Shown one piece after another: positions 52,712 through 63,198 of a DNA stretch of 64,000 nt. Numbering within the stretch: position 1 is the stretch's first letter; each line of letters starts with the position of its first letter. Source of the stretch: Candidatus Eiseniibacteriota bacterium. GTDB taxonomy: Bacteria; Eisenbacteria; RBG-16-71-46; CAVPCR01. A program made the translations under genes and the position numbers. The stretch lies in the NCBI GenBank assembly GCA_963702435.1, contig CAVPCR010000001.1, forward strand, positions 384,001 to 448,000. Direction: 5' to 3'. The notes under the pieces are model-generated. The model did not search any database, was not told the DNA's origin, and was given only the letters and a program-made list of their open reading frames with translations.

Positions 52712-55333
52712 ATGCCACCGGCTTCCCCGCGCGCTCTCGGCCTCTCCCTCGCCCTCCTCGGCGTCATCGCCTGGGTCGCCTTCTTCCTGGCCCCGGCGGT
52801 CCCGGCCGACCGGGCGCTCCTCGGTGTGGACCTCCTCCATCGGTTTCCCCCCTGGGAGTCCCAGGTCAGCCCCGACTGGGAGGCGGCGAACCACCTCCTC
52901 TTCGATCAGGCCGCGCAGTTCTATCCGTGGCGGGTCCTCACCCGGGGACTCGCTGCGGCCGGGCTCCCGCCCCTCTGGAATCCCTACGCCGGAACGGGCT
53001 CGCCGCTCCTGGCCAACCAGCAGGCGGCCCCCTTCGCCCCCGCCGAGTGGCTGGCAAGCGGCCTTCCTCCCGACCGGGCCCCCGCGGCGGCGACCGCGAT
53101 CCGCCTCCTCGTGGCCGGGGCCGGCATGGTGCTGCTCGCCGCGGAGCTCGGGGCCGGGGCGAGCGCGGCGCTCTTCGCTGCGATCGCCTTCCTCGGCTCG
53201 GGCTCGCTCGCGATCCTCCTCTATCACCCGAACGCGAACGTGAGCATGTGGCTGCCGCTCGCCGCCCTCCTCTCGTTCCGGATCGCGCGCGGCGGCGAGC
53301 TCCTCGGCGCCGCGCTGCTCGCCCTCGTCATGGGGGCGGTGCTCCTCGGCGGCCACCCGGAGACCGCGCTCTACGTCGGGTTCGCCTCGGTCCTCGTCTT
53401 CGCGACCGGACGGCTCCTGCCGCCCCCGACCGCGGCGAGCCGCCCGCGCCTCGCCGCGGCGTTCGCCTTCCTCGCCGCGGCCCACCTCGCGGCCCTCCTC
53501 GTCGCCGCCCCCGGCCTCCTCCCCTTCCTCGAATATCTGCGCGAAGGCGCAGTTATCGCCAATCGCGGCACAACCCGGTTCTGGAACCCGCCGTCCTGCG
53601 CGGTCGGCCTCGTCATGCCCGAGATCTACGGCACACCCGTGCGCCCGAACACCTACTTCGGACCGCGGAACTACCACGCGGTGGCCACCCAGTACGCGGG
53701 GCTCGCGACGGCCGTGCTCGCGCTCGTCGCGCTGGGGAGCGCCCTCCTCCCCGGCACCCGTCGCCCCGATCCGACGCGCCGCCGCCTCGTGCTCGCCCTC
53801 GGCTCCGGGCTCGTCCTCGCGCTCGCCCTCGTCTACCCGACGCCGCTCTGGCAGCTCGCGCAGCACGTGCCTGTCTTCCGCATCTCGGCCAACGTCACCG
53901 GGCTCACGCTCCTCACGGCGTTCGCCCTCGCCCTCCTCGGCGCCTGCGGTCTCGAGACGGTGATCGGCGGCGGGCGCCCGGCGGCCGGGCGCCACGGCCC
54001 CGGACGCCCGGTCGGCGCGGTGAGCGAGCGCGGCGCGCGGAGCCGCCACGGAGCCCTCGTCCTCCTCCTCGCCTTCGCCGCCGCGATCTTGCTCGGCGCG
54101 GGCCTCCTCCTGCCGGTCGCCCGCGAGAAGCTCCTCGCGATCGGAGCCGAGCGGCTCGCCGCCCGCTACGCCGGGGTCTCGCATGCGAAGCCGCTCGAGT
54201 ACTACATGGAGCGGCTGCCGCTCGTCCTCGCCGCCGTGCGCTCGACGCTCATCCACACCGGTCTTCTCGGCATCGCGCTCGCGCTCCTCCTCGGGCCGGC
54301 GGCGCGGTTCGTCCGCAACCCCGCCCTCCTCGCCCTCGCCTTCCTCCTCCATCTCGGCGTCGACCTCGCGCACTTCGGGCGGGGCTACGTGCCGGCCATT
54401 CCGCGGCGCGAGGTCTTCACCGCGGATCCGGCGATCGCCGCGCTCGAGGCCCGCCCCGGCGTGTCGCGGGCCATCGGCACCGGCCGGGCCTTCCCGCCGA
54501 ACACGCTCACCGCCTACGGGATCGAGGACTTCCGCCTGCACGACGCGGTGGGCAGCGCCGCGCACAGCCGCTACGCGGCGGCGCTGTCGGCGGCGCCGTT
54601 CCTCCGGCAGCCCCTCGCCTCCTTCGATCCCGATCTCCTCGCCGCCGCCGGGATCGACGCGATCGCCGCCGAACCGGCGGACCCGGCGCCGGGGGGCAGC
54701 GCGTTCACGGAGATCGCGCGGGGCGGGGTGACCGTGCTCGGTCACGAGCGCGCGTGGCCTCGCGCATTTTTCTGCGCTCGCGCGCAGGAAGCGGCGAGCG
54801 ACTCGACGGCGGTCGAGGCGGCGCGGAGCGCCGCCCGCGCTGCGGCGGGCGTCCCGCCGCTCCCGGCGGCGGCGGCCCTCGGCCCCGCGCGCACCGGGAC
54901 GCAGGTGGCCCCGCCGGCGCTCTGGCGCCTGGTCGCGCTCCTCTATCCCGGGGTCGCGGCGGAGAGCCCGGCGGCGCTCACCCGGAGCGGGGCGGTCTAC
55001 GGCGCCGCATCCGATGCCGCGACCCGCGTGCTCGGCGACCTCGCGCACTCCCCGCTCGCCGTCACCGCCACCCTGACCGCCCCGGAGGCGGGCTGGCTCG
55101 TGCTCCTCGATCAGGACTTCCCGGGCTGGAAGGTCGAGGTGGATGGAGCGCCGGCGCGGGCGGCCCGCGCCTTCGGCCTCTTCCGTGCGGTCCGCGTGCC
55201 GGCGGGACTCCACACGGTCACCTGGCGGTACGAGCCGGCTTCGTTCGCGCTCGGTCTGGCGCTCGCGGCCGGCGGGCTCGCCGTGACGCTCGGTGCGCTC
55301 CTCACCGGGCTCCTCGTCCGGCGCGCTCGCTAG
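52712..55333 (+). CDS. YfhO-family polytopic membrane protein (GT-C-like)
   Basis: DQAAQFYPW, PLWNPYAGTGSPLLAN, GGHPE motifs; C-terminal DQDFPGWKVEVDG...FRAVRVPAGLHTVTWRYEP. Confidence 0.82.
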   Translation: MPPASPRALGLSLALLGVIAWVAFFLAPAVPADRALLGVDLLHRFPPWESQVSPDWEAANHLLFDQAAQFYPWRVLTRGLAAAGLPPLWNPYAGTGSPLLANQQAAPFAPAEWLASGLPPDRAPAAATAIRLLVAGAGMVLLAAELGAGASAALFAAIAFLGSGSLAILLYHPNANVSMWLPLAALLSFRIARGGELLGAALLALVMGAVLLGGHPETALYVGFASVLVFATGRLLPPPTAASRPRLAAAFAFLAAAHLAALLVAAPGLLPFLEYLREGAVIANRGTTRFWNPPSCAVGLVMPEIYGTPVRPNTYFGPRNYHAVATQYAGLATAVLALVALGSALLPGTRRPDPTRRRLVLALGSGLVLALALVYPTPLWQLAQHVPVFRISANVTGLTLLTAFALALLGACGLETVIGGGRPAAGRHGPGRPVGAVSERGARSRHGALVLLLAFAAAILLGAGLLLPVAREKLLAIGAERLAARYAGVSHAKPLEYYMERLPLVLAAVRSTLIHTGLLGIALALLLGPAARFVRNPALLALAFLLHLGVDLAHFGRGYVPAIPRREVFTADPAIAALEARPGVSRAIGTGRAFPPNTLTAYGIEDFRLHDAVGSAAHSRYAAALSAAPFLRQPLASFDPDLLAAAGIDAIAAEPADPAPGGSAFTEIARGGVTVLGHERAWPRAFFCARAQEAASDSTAVEAARSAARAAAGVPPLPAAAALGPARTGTQVAPPALWRLVALLYPGVAAESPAALTRSGAVYGAASDAATRVLGDLAHSPLAVTATLTAPEAGWLVLLDQDFPGWKVEVDGAPARAARAFGLFRAVRVPAGLHTVTWRYEPASFALGLALAAGGLAVTLGALLTGLLVRRAR

Positions 55334-55374
55334 CGGCGCGGCCGGCGACCGTCATCGCCCCGGCCGCACGGGCG

Positions 55375-57054
55375 CTACACCGCCGGCTGCCGCCGCGAGC
55401 GGAGCAAGAGGTCGAGCCCGGCCTGCCGGAGCATCGCGATCCCGAAGAAGGCGATGAGCACGGTCGAGATCGGATCCAGCTTCCAGCGCAGGACGGCGAC
55501 CAGCCCGAAGGCGACCGCGAGCCCGAGCGCGCTCAGGTCGACGGCGCGGCGGAGACGCACCGGGAGGGCCTGCCACCGTTCGGGCCCGGGGTACCGGTGC
55601 TCCTCCACCTCGGTGACGAGGGTCGCCTTGCGATCCGGCAGGAGGTGCACGGTGACGAAGCTCAGCAGGTAGGCCAGCGAGCCGATCAGGATCAGCATGT
55701 TGATCGAGAGCTCGCCGCCAGCGACGCCGGGGATGCCGAAGAGGAGCTGCTGCAGCGACTGCAGGAAACCGAATTCGAGACCGTGCTCGTAGAGCCAGGC
55801 GCCGCTCGCGTAGCTGAACGAGTAGGCCAGGTTCGACACCGACATGAAACCGGCGAAGAGGCTTCCCGCGGCGGCCACCGGGATCACGGCCCCGACCAGG
55901 CTGAAGGTGCTCATCCGGATCAGGCTGACGCCGATGGCGAGGAGCCCGTTGAAGGCGCAGAGGTAGACGAGCCGTGCCGTCTCCTCGCCCAGGAAGGGGA
56001 ACACGCGAGAGACGCCGAGCGCGATCGTCGAGAACCACGGATCGACTTGCAGGTACTGCGTCAGGTTCATGGCGACGCTAATCAGGATGTAGAAGCGGAA
56101 GATCTTCCGGAGCCCGATCCGGTCCTGCCACTTGACACCCTTCCAGGCGAAGAGGAGGACGCCGAGGAAGTACCCGGTGTAGCTCACGCCGTCGGCGATC
56201 CCGATCTGGGTCTGCGAGAAGCGGAGCGTCTCGATCAGGTAGTTGGTCCAGAGGGCGCCCATCGCCGGCTGGAAGTGGAAGATGAAGTAGAAGAGGATGA
56301 TCCCGAGGATCGGTCCGGTGTGGAGGCCGCGCCAGAACCCGAGGATCGACTGCTTGAGCGGGATGCCCACAGTGCGGTCCCGCGGCAGGAGGAGCACGAA
56401 GGCGAGCACCGAGAGCGGCACCACGGCGAGGACCACCATGAGGCCGTGGAAGGGCACGTGCTCGGCGAGGTAGCCGCCGAGAACCGCGGCCAGGATGCTG
56501 GTGCCGTAGATCGCCGTCCAGCAGATCGCCTGGTTCAATCCGACCATCGTCGACTTGGAGCGGCCCGTCGCCTTCGCTTCCTCATCGCCCGCGATGACCG
56601 TGGCCCGGTCGACCGAGACATCGGTCGCGGCCATCACGATCGAGAGCACGAACATCAACGCGAAGAAGGCCGTCGCCCCCGTGTCGAGGACCGGCGTCAG
56701 GAGGAACCCGAGCACGCCGAGGCTGAGGAGCAGGATGAGGATCGTCCGCGTGCGCCCGTAGGCGTCGATGAGGAAGCCGAGGAGCGGCTTGAAGCTCCAG
56801 GCGAGGTAGGACTTCGAGAAGTAGCCCTGGGTCGCCGCCTCGCTCAATCCGTAGTCGGTGCGGAAGTGGCGAAAGAACGGCTGGTAGGTGATCCCCTGGA
56901 ACGGATTGGCGAGCCCCTGCAGCACGTACTCCATCGCGAAGACGAACTTGAGCGGATGGACCCCGAAGATCTTGCGCACGGGCGGGGCGGGCTGGGATGC
57001 GGGATCGGGGACGGGCGGCGACGCGGCGACGGCGGATCCGGTGTCCTGAGTCAT
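55375..57054 (-). CDS. MFS transporter, BT1 folate/biopterin-like
   Basis: WSFKPLLGFLID and ATDVSVD motifs; more than 12 TM segments. Confidence 0.72.
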   Translation of the reverse strand: MTQDTGSAVAASPPVPDPASQPAPPVRKIFGVHPLKFVFAMEYVLQGLANPFQGITYQPFFRHFRTDYGLSEAATQGYFSKSYLAWSFKPLLGFLIDAYGRTRTILILLLSLGVLGFLLTPVLDTGATAFFALMFVLSIVMAATDVSVDRATVIAGDEEAKATGRSKSTMVGLNQAICWTAIYGTSILAAVLGGYLAEHVPFHGLMVVLAVVPLSVLAFVLLLPRDRTVGIPLKQSILGFWRGLHTGPILGIILFYFIFHFQPAMGALWTNYLIETLRFSQTQIGIADGVSYTGYFLGVLLFAWKGVKWQDRIGLRKIFRFYILISVAMNLTQYLQVDPWFSTIALGVSRVFPFLGEETARLVYLCAFNGLLAIGVSLIRMSTFSLVGAVIPVAAAGSLFAGFMSVSNLAYSFSYASGAWLYEHGLEFGFLQSLQQLLFGIPGVAGGELSINMLILIGSLAYLLSFVTVHLLPDRKATLVTEVEEHRYPGPERWQALPVRLRRAVDLSALGLAVAFGLVAVLRWKLDPISTVLIAFFGIAMLRQAGLDLLLRSRRQPAV

Positions 57055-57225
57055 ACGCCCGATGATACCAGCAATCGGCCCGGGCGGGCACAGCGGGCCC
57101 GGGCATGGCGCGAGCGCGGCCACGACGCGCGCGGGCATCGCGCGCTATCATCGCGCCGGCGGATGCGAGGCCGGGATTCGCGGGCCCGCACCGCTTCCGA
57201 GACGACGACTGGACCGGAGGTGACC

Positions 57226-58038
57226 ATGACCGAGGCGGGCGCCCTTCCCGCGATCTACGCGCGGGGTGGCATGAGCGTCGAGATCTACGATTCCATGCAT
57301 CCGATCCTCGCCGCCGGGATGGGGGACACGGCATTCCTCCTCGCCGAGGCCGCGACGACCGGCGGACCGCTCCTCGAGCTCGCGTGCGGCACGGGCCGGG
57401 TCCTGTGGCCGCTCGCGGAAGCGGGATACGAGGTGACCGGACTCGACCTGAACCGGCCGATGCTCGCCCTCGCCGAGGCCAAGGCGGCGAGCCGACCGCC
57501 GGAGGTGCGCTCGCGCGTGCGCTTCGTCGAGTCGGGGATGCAGGAGTTCGCGCTGGGCACGTCCTTCGGCCTCATCTTCAGCACGTTCCGCTCGTTTCAG
57601 GGGCTGCTCACGGTGGCGGAGCAGCGCTCGTGCCTCGCGGCCGCGCATCGCCACCTGCGCGCGGGCGGCCGGCTCGTGCTCGACCTCTTCGATCCGCAGC
57701 TCGATCGCCTGCTGCCGCGGAATCCCTATGCGCCGCGGACCTTCGGGAGTTACCGCCATCCGGTGAGCGGCAATAGCGTGCTCTGGGAGTCGGTGGATCA
57801 TCTGAACGATCCGGTCGCGCAGATCCTCACCGAGATCTGGCGCTGGACCGAGGTCGATGCCGAGGGGCGCGTGGTGCGCACGGAGATGGAGGAGCTCAGG
57901 CTCCGCTGGACGTACCGGCACGAGCTCCACCACCTGCTCGAGCTCTCCGGGTTCCGGCTCCTCGCCGAGTACTCCGACTTCCAGAGGAGCGCTCCGGCGT
58001 ACGGGAAGGAGCTCATCGTGGTCTGCACGCGAGCATGA
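57226..58038 (+). CDS. Class I SAM-dependent methyltransferase
   Basis: GGAGG RBS, ATG 57226; LLELACGTGRV, GLDLNRPML, HLRAGGRLVLD motifs. Confidence 0.88.
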   Translation: MTEAGALPAIYARGGMSVEIYDSMHPILAAGMGDTAFLLAEAATTGGPLLELACGTGRVLWPLAEAGYEVTGLDLNRPMLALAEAKAASRPPEVRSRVRFVESGMQEFALGTSFGLIFSTFRSFQGLLTVAEQRSCLAAAHRHLRAGGRLVLDLFDPQLDRLLPRNPYAPRTFGSYRHPVSGNSVLWESVDHLNDPVAQILTEIWRWTEVDAEGRVVRTEMEELRLRWTYRHELHHLLELSGFRLLAEYSDFQRSAPAYGKELIVVCTRA

Positions 58039-58241
58039 GACCGCTCGCCGCCGTTCCCTGCCGCCCGGGAAGGAAACGGCGACGAAGTTGGCTTGAGTGA
58101 CAACGGCGTGCGCACTCCGGCGGCGCGGAAGGGGGCGCATGCCTTGCGGGAGACTCGCGAAGCAATTCCCTGCACGCAATCTCTCGCAACGCAGCGGCAC
58201 GGTTCGTGCGACACGGTGGGGCGCGGTGGTCGGGAGGGCAA

Positions 58242-58330
58242 GGCCGGGGAGTTCACAGGACCCGACAGCGTTGGCCGCGGGGCCCATGCGCCGGGCCGGG
58301 GAGTTCACAAGACCCGACAGCGTTTGCCGC
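58242..58330 (+). repeat. Intergenic direct repeat (52-nt period) carrying the TTCACAnGACCCGACAGCGTT motif shared with the HNH gene
   Basis: GGCCGGGGAGTTCACA(G/A)GACCCGACAGCGTT(G/T)GCCGC twice; cores at 58252-58274 and 58304-58326. Confidence 0.9.
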
Positions 58331-58363
58331 ATGTCTGGCACGCCCGCGAGCGAGCGCGCCCTC

Positions 58364-58393
58364 TTGACGCGCGGCGCGGAGATCGGCTAGACT
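58364..58393 (+). promoter_or_regulatory. Putative sigma70 promoter for leader-rsgA
   Basis: TTGACG-18 nt-TAGACT. Confidence 0.55.
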
Positions 58394-58464
58394 CTCCGCA
58401 CTGGTCATCCACGTTCGGGCGCCCGCCCGGATCCATCGAGACTCGCCAACCCTGGAGGTGCCAA

Positions 58465-58521
58465 ATGAGAACCACCACCGCCCAAGTGCTCCAGGGAACC
58501 GCCGCCGGCCGCCAGGCCTAG
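58465..58521 (+). CDS. Putative leader peptide MRTTTAQVLQGTAAGRQA
   Basis: GGAGGT RBS just before ATG 58465; 18 codons; lies between the promoter and rsgA within alternative pairings. Confidence 0.55.
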   Translation: MRTTTAQVLQGTAAGRQA

Positions 58522-58683
58522 CCAGGGTCTCGACCCCCAGCCTTCCGGCCGGCTCCCGCCGGCTCCTCCGCGCCAGGACCGAGCCGCGCGCGTGCGCGCC
58601 GCTCTCCGCATGCGATGACATGACGCGCGGAGCTGCCGTTTGTTTCCCACGCTCGAAGCCATTCACGGCAGAGGAAGACCACC

Positions 58684-59766
58684 TTGATCACTCTCGAATC
58701 ACTCGGATGGAGCTCGTTCTTCGCCCGGCAGATCGACCCGGCCCGGGATCGCGACCGCATCCCGATGCGCGTCGTCGAGGAGCAGCGCGGGAGCTATCGC
58801 CTCCTCGGCGAGAACGGCCGCTGGTACGCGGAGCTCGCCGGCCGGCTCCGCCACGAGGCGGCCACCCCCGGCAGCATGCTCCCCTGCGCCGGCGACTGGG
58901 TCCTCGCCGAGGTGCCTCCCGGCGGGGCGGCGACCGGGACGGCGCTCATTCACCGCGTGCTCGCCCGGCGGAGCAAGTTCTCACGCAAGGAAGCCGGCGC
59001 GCGCACCGTGGAGCAGGTGATCGCCGCCAACGCGGACACCGTGTTCCTGGTCCAGTCCCTGGACCGCGACCTGAATCCGCGCCGGATCGAACGCTATCTC
59101 GCGCTCCTCTGGGAGAGCGGCGCCGAGCCGGTGGTCGTCCTGAGCAAGGCGGACCTGTGCGCGGATCCGGCCCCGCTCGTGGCGGAAGTCGAGCTCGCAG
59201 CACCCGGAGTCGCGGTGCACGTGACGAGCGCCCTCGCTCCGGACGGCCTCGCCGTGCTCGCGCCGTACCTCGCGCCCGGGAAGACCGTGGCCCTCGTCGG
59301 CTCCTCCGGGGTCGGCAAGTCCACGATCGTGAACGGCCTCCTCGGACACGATCTCCAGCGTGTCGCCGGCCTCCGCGCCGACGGCCGCGGGCGGCACACG
59401 ACGACCGCTCGCCAGCTCGTCGTCCTCCCGGGCGGGGCGATGCTCCTCGATACGCCCGGCATGCGCACCGTCCTCATATGGGAAGGCGAGGAAGGACTCG
59501 CGCAGGCGTTCGCCGACGTCGAGGAGCTGGCCCGCGGCTGCCGCTTCACCGACTGCGCGCACGAGGCTGAACCGGGCTGCGCGGTCCGCGCGGCGCTCGC
59601 CGCCGGGGAGCTCGACCCCGATCGCTTCCGGAGCTACGAGAAGCTCCGGCGCGAGATCCGCCACCAGGCCAGGAAGAGCGACATCCGGCTCCGGATCGCG
59701 GAGCAGCAACGCTGGCGGCGGATCCACCTCGAGGCGCGCCGCCGGACCGACAAGCGGCGGGCGTGA
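58684..59766 (+). CDS. rsgA: Ribosome small subunit-dependent GTPase A
   Basis: Circularly permuted G-motifs (SKAD, GSSGVGKST, GRHTTT, DTPG); CRFTDCAHEAEPGC Zn finger; TTG start with GAGGA RBS. Confidence 0.95.
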   Translation: MITLESLGWSSFFARQIDPARDRDRIPMRVVEEQRGSYRLLGENGRWYAELAGRLRHEAATPGSMLPCAGDWVLAEVPPGGAATGTALIHRVLARRSKFSRKEAGARTVEQVIAANADTVFLVQSLDRDLNPRRIERYLALLWESGAEPVVVLSKADLCADPAPLVAEVELAAPGVAVHVTSALAPDGLAVLAPYLAPGKTVALVGSSGVGKSTIVNGLLGHDLQRVAGLRADGRGRHTTTARQLVVLPGGAMLLDTPGMRTVLIWEGEEGLAQAFADVEELARGCRFTDCAHEAEPGCAVRAALAAGELDPDRFRSYEKLRREIRHQARKSDIRLRIAEQQRWRRIHLEARRRTDKRRA

Positions 59767-59838
59767 AGCGGCGCCGGACACGGCGCGGGAGTCGTGGCGC
59801 CGGACACGGCGCGAGCGTGACGCGAGCGGGAAGAGCGC

Positions 59839-61971
59839 CTACTTCTTCTCGCCCTCGACGACGACGCGCGAGAGATCCCACGTACCGGTGAAGAGCTCCC
59901 GCACGAGGGCGAGGAGCGCGAGCCGCCGCCCGCGCACGGCCGGATCCTCCACCATCACCATCACGTCGTCGAAGAAGCGATCGATCGGGGCGCGGAGCGC
60001 CAGGAGCTCGGCGAGCGCATCCGCGAAGCGGCGCGCGCGCCGGTGCTCGGCGATCCGCCCGCGCGCGGCCGTAGCCGCGTCGTGGAGACCGCGCTCCGCC
60101 GGCTCGGTGAGCGTCGCCGGATCGAGCGGCGGGATGGCGGGCGCAGTACCGCCGGCCGGACCGCGGAGGATGTTGGCCACGCGCTTGTAGCCGACGACGA
60201 GCGGCGCGAAATCGGGCGAGGTCGAGTAGGCGGCGAGCGCCTCGGCGCGATGGCGCACATCGGCCGGATCGTCGAGCGAACCCGCCACCGTGGCGTCGGC
60301 CAGGTCGTAGCGGATACCGCGGTCGGCGAGGAACTGGTCGAGCCGCTGCGCGAAGAAGTCGGCGAGGTCCCCCTTCACCGCGGCCGCATCGCGCCCGCCG
60401 AAGAAGGGCTGGAAGAGCTCGAGCGCGCGGGCAAGAAGGGCCTCGAGGCTCACGTGGCGATCAGCCTCGACCAGGTTCCGGAGGATGCCGTTCGCAGCAC
60501 GGCGCACGGCGAACGGATCTTCCGATCCGCTCGGGATCTTCCCGGCGACGAAGGCGCCGACCACGTGGTCGAGCTTGTCGGCGGTCGCCAGGATCGACCC
60601 GGCGAGCGTCAACGGCAGGCGGTCGTCGGCGCCGCGCGGGAGATACTGCTCGGCGATCGCGGCGCACACCGGGTCCGGCTCGCCGGCGACGCGCGCGTAC
60701 TCGGCGCCGATCCGGCCCTGGAGCCCGGTGAACTCCTTCCCGTCGCGCACCATGTCGGAGACCTGGTCCACCTTGGAGAGGAGCGCCGCGCGCGCGACCA
60801 CCGGCTCGAGCGCCGGATCCCAGGCCCGCGCGATGGTCGCCGCGAGCGCGGCCAGGCGGCGGCTCTTGTCGGCGAGCGTGCCGAGCCCTTCCTGCCACAC
60901 GACCTGGGCGAGCTCGCCCTCCCGCCCGTCCACGCCGCGCGCCGAGTCGCGCTCCCAGTAGAAACGCGCGTCCTCGAGCCGGGCGCGCAGCACCCGCTCG
61001 TGCCCGCCGCGCACGCGGTCGAGATCGAGACCGTCGGCGCCGCCGAGCGGGCCGTTGACCACGCAGAGAAAGTGATTCATGAGGCGGTTGCCGCCCGCGT
61101 CCGCCTCGACCGCGAAGTAGCGCTGGTGGGCCCGCATCGCCGTCGTCACCACATCGCGCGGGAGGGCGAGGAACCTGGGATCGAAGCTCCCGGTGAGGAC
61201 CGACGGCCAGGCGACGAGATAGGCCACCTCGTCCAGGAGATCGGGATCGGGCACCAGGCGGCCGCCGGCCGCCGCGGCCGCAGCGGCGAGCGCCGCCTCG
61301 ATCTGTCGCCGGCGCTCGGCCGCATCCAGCGTGACGCCGTTTTCGGCGAGCACCCGCAGATAATCGTCGGCGCCGGCGACCGGGAACGGACCGCTCCGGT
61401 GGAAGCGGATGCCCGGGGTCTCGTTCCCGGCGCGCACGCCATCCAGCTCGAGCGGGAGCACATCGGCGCCATGGAGGGCCACGAGCCAGCGGATCGGCCG
61501 CGCGAAGCGGAGGTCCGAGGACGTCCAGCGCATGGTGCGCGGGAACGGCATGGCGCGCGTCGCGGCGAGGAGGATCGGCGGCACCACCTCGCCGGCCGGA
61601 AGCCCCGGCCGCCGGATCCGGGCGGCGACGTACTCGCCCTTCTCGGTGGTTGCGCGCTCGAGCGCCTCGACCGCCACACCCTGCCCGCGGGCGAAGCCGC
61701 GCGCCGCGTTCGTGGGCTGGCCCTGGGCGTCGAAGGCGACGCTCACCGCCGGGCCGAGGGCGACCCGCTCGAGATCGCGCTGGCGCTCGGCGAGTCCGCG
61801 CACGATGAGAACGAAGCGGCGCGGTGTGGCATGGCGCTCGATCGCCGCGAAGTCGAGCCGCTCGTCGGCGAGCTTGGCCGCCACCGTGTCGGCGAGCGCC
61901 GCGAGCGCGGGCTCGCTGTAGGAGGCGGGGATCTCCTCGACCCCGATCTCGTAGAGGAGGTCCCGGCTCAT
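59839..61971 (-). CDS. glyS: Glycine--tRNA ligase beta subunit
   Basis: [49 protein letters not shown] motifs; ATG 61971 overlaps the glyQ stop. Confidence 0.96.
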   Translation of the reverse strand: MSRDLLYEIGVEEIPASYSEPALAALADTVAAKLADERLDFAAIERHATPRRFVLIVRGLAERQRDLERVALGPAVSVAFDAQGQPTNAARGFARGQGVAVEALERATTEKGEYVAARIRRPGLPAGEVVPPILLAATRAMPFPRTMRWTSSDLRFARPIRWLVALHGADVLPLELDGVRAGNETPGIRFHRSGPFPVAGADDYLRVLAENGVTLDAAERRRQIEAALAAAAAAAGGRLVPDPDLLDEVAYLVAWPSVLTGSFDPRFLALPRDVVTTAMRAHQRYFAVEADAGGNRLMNHFLCVVNGPLGGADGLDLDRVRGGHERVLRARLEDARFYWERDSARGVDGREGELAQVVWQEGLGTLADKSRRLAALAATIARAWDPALEPVVARAALLSKVDQVSDMVRDGKEFTGLQGRIGAEYARVAGEPDPVCAAIAEQYLPRGADDRLPLTLAGSILATADKLDHVVGAFVAGKIPSGSEDPFAVRRAANGILRNLVEADRHVSLEALLARALELFQPFFGGRDAAAVKGDLADFFAQRLDQFLADRGIRYDLADATVAGSLDDPADVRHRAEALAAYSTSPDFAPLVVGYKRVANILRGPAGGTAPAIPPLDPATLTEPAERGLHDAATAARGRIAEHRRARRFADALAELLALRAPIDRFFDDVMVMVEDPAVRGRRLALLALVRELFTGTWDLSRVVVEGEKK

Positions 61972-62918
61972 GACGCCCCCGGCGCGGCGGCGGCCGCCGC
62001 CGGTTCCTTCGCTCCCTCGCCCGCGGCGGCGAGGAGCTTCGCCCGCGCCGCCGGATCGAGGAGCGGATAGCCGAGCTCCCGCCGCTTCTCGAGATGGGCG
62101 CGCGCCGCCCGCCGCGCGAGCTTCCGCACGCGCGCGATGAAGGCCACGCGCTCGGCCGGGCTCACCGCGCCGCGCGCGTCGAGCAGGTTGAACAGGTGCG
62201 AGCACTTGATGCAGTAGTCGTAACCGGGGAGGACGAGCCCCGCGTCGAGGAGGCGGAGCGACTCGGCCTCGAAGCGGGTGAACAGGTCGCGGTTCAGCTC
62301 GGCGTTGGAGAGCTCGAAGTTGTACGTGGACCACTCGCGCTCCGCCTCCACGTTCAGCTGTTCCCAGCGCACCGCGTCCGACCAGCGGAGATCGTGGAAG
62401 CGCTCGACGCCCTGCAGGTACATGGCGATGCGCTCGACGCCGTAGGTGATCTCGGCGGTGATCGGATCGAGATCGTAGCCGCCGCACTGCTGGAAGTAGG
62501 TGAACTGCGTGATCTCCATCCCGTCGAGCCACACCTCCCAGCCGAGCCCCCAGGCGCCGAGGGTGGGCGACTCCCAGTCGTCCTCGACGAGCCGCACGTC
62601 GTGCCGCCGGAGATCGAGCCCGATCGCGCCGAGCGAGCCGAAGTAGAGATCGAGGACGTCGGCCGGGGCGGGCTTGAGCACGACCTGGTACTGGTAGAAC
62701 TGCTGCACGCGGTTCGGATTCTCGCCGTAGCGCCCGTCCTTGGGGCGGCGCGACGGCTCGACGTAACCGGCCTGCCAGGGCTCGGGGCCGAGCGCGCGGA
62801 GGAAGGTAGCCGGGTTGAAGGTGCCGGCGCCCACCTCGCTCGGGTACGGCTGGAGGAGGAGACACCCCTTCGCCGACCAGTACGCGGCGAGCCTCTCTAG
62901 CATCGTCTGCAGGTTCAT
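61968..62918 (-). CDS. glyQ: Glycine--tRNA ligase alpha subunit
   Basis: [57 protein letters not shown] motifs. Confidence 0.97.
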   Translation of the reverse strand: MNLQTMLERLAAYWSAKGCLLLQPYPSEVGAGTFNPATFLRALGPEPWQAGYVEPSRRPKDGRYGENPNRVQQFYQYQVVLKPAPADVLDLYFGSLGAIGLDLRRHDVRLVEDDWESPTLGAWGLGWEVWLDGMEITQFTYFQQCGGYDLDPITAEITYGVERIAMYLQGVERFHDLRWSDAVRWEQLNVEAEREWSTYNFELSNAELNRDLFTRFEAESLRLLDAGLVLPGYDYCIKCSHLFNLLDARGAVSPAERVAFIARVRKLARRAARAHLEKRRELGYPLLDPAARAKLLAAAGEGAKEPAAAAAAPGAS

Positions 62919-63024
62919 GGCGGACGACTGTAGCACGCCCGCGCCGCGGGCGGGCTCACCGCTCGCGGTGAAGGCGCGCTCGAGCGGAGCCTCCTCGGGA
63001 CGGCGGCGGCGCGCCGCTCTTCCG

Positions 63025-63190
63025 CCGCGCGGCCGAGCGCCTTCACGCGGCCCCAGGTCGCGGGCTCAGCCGCAGTCGCGCAACTGCAGCCCACCGGGAG
63101 CGCGCCGATCAAGCCGCAGCCGCCGGCCGCCGGCGTCCGGTCCAGGGACAAGGCGCTGTTGCCGAGCCCGCCGCCGTTGTTCGAGGGCCC
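63025..63190 (-). pseudogene. Probable remnant of a secreted protein C-terminus (…GCGLIGALPVGC…[11 protein letters not shown])
   Basis: Part of ORF 62915..63151; no signal peptide or clear RBS; carries the same TWGRVK motif as 48835..49398. Confidence 0.5.
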
Positions 63191-63198
63191 GGCCGGCG

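Noticed and set aside
52927..57225. N-terminal ~1430 aa of the 1703-aa ORF 52927..58038
   Set aside because: Out-of-frame with the YfhO gene and antisense to the MFS gene; only the methyltransferase from ATG 57226 has an RBS and motifs.
58242..58330. Mini-CRISPR reading of the repeat pair
   Set aside because: Only two imperfect copies with a ~15-nt interval, and no cas genes in the window.
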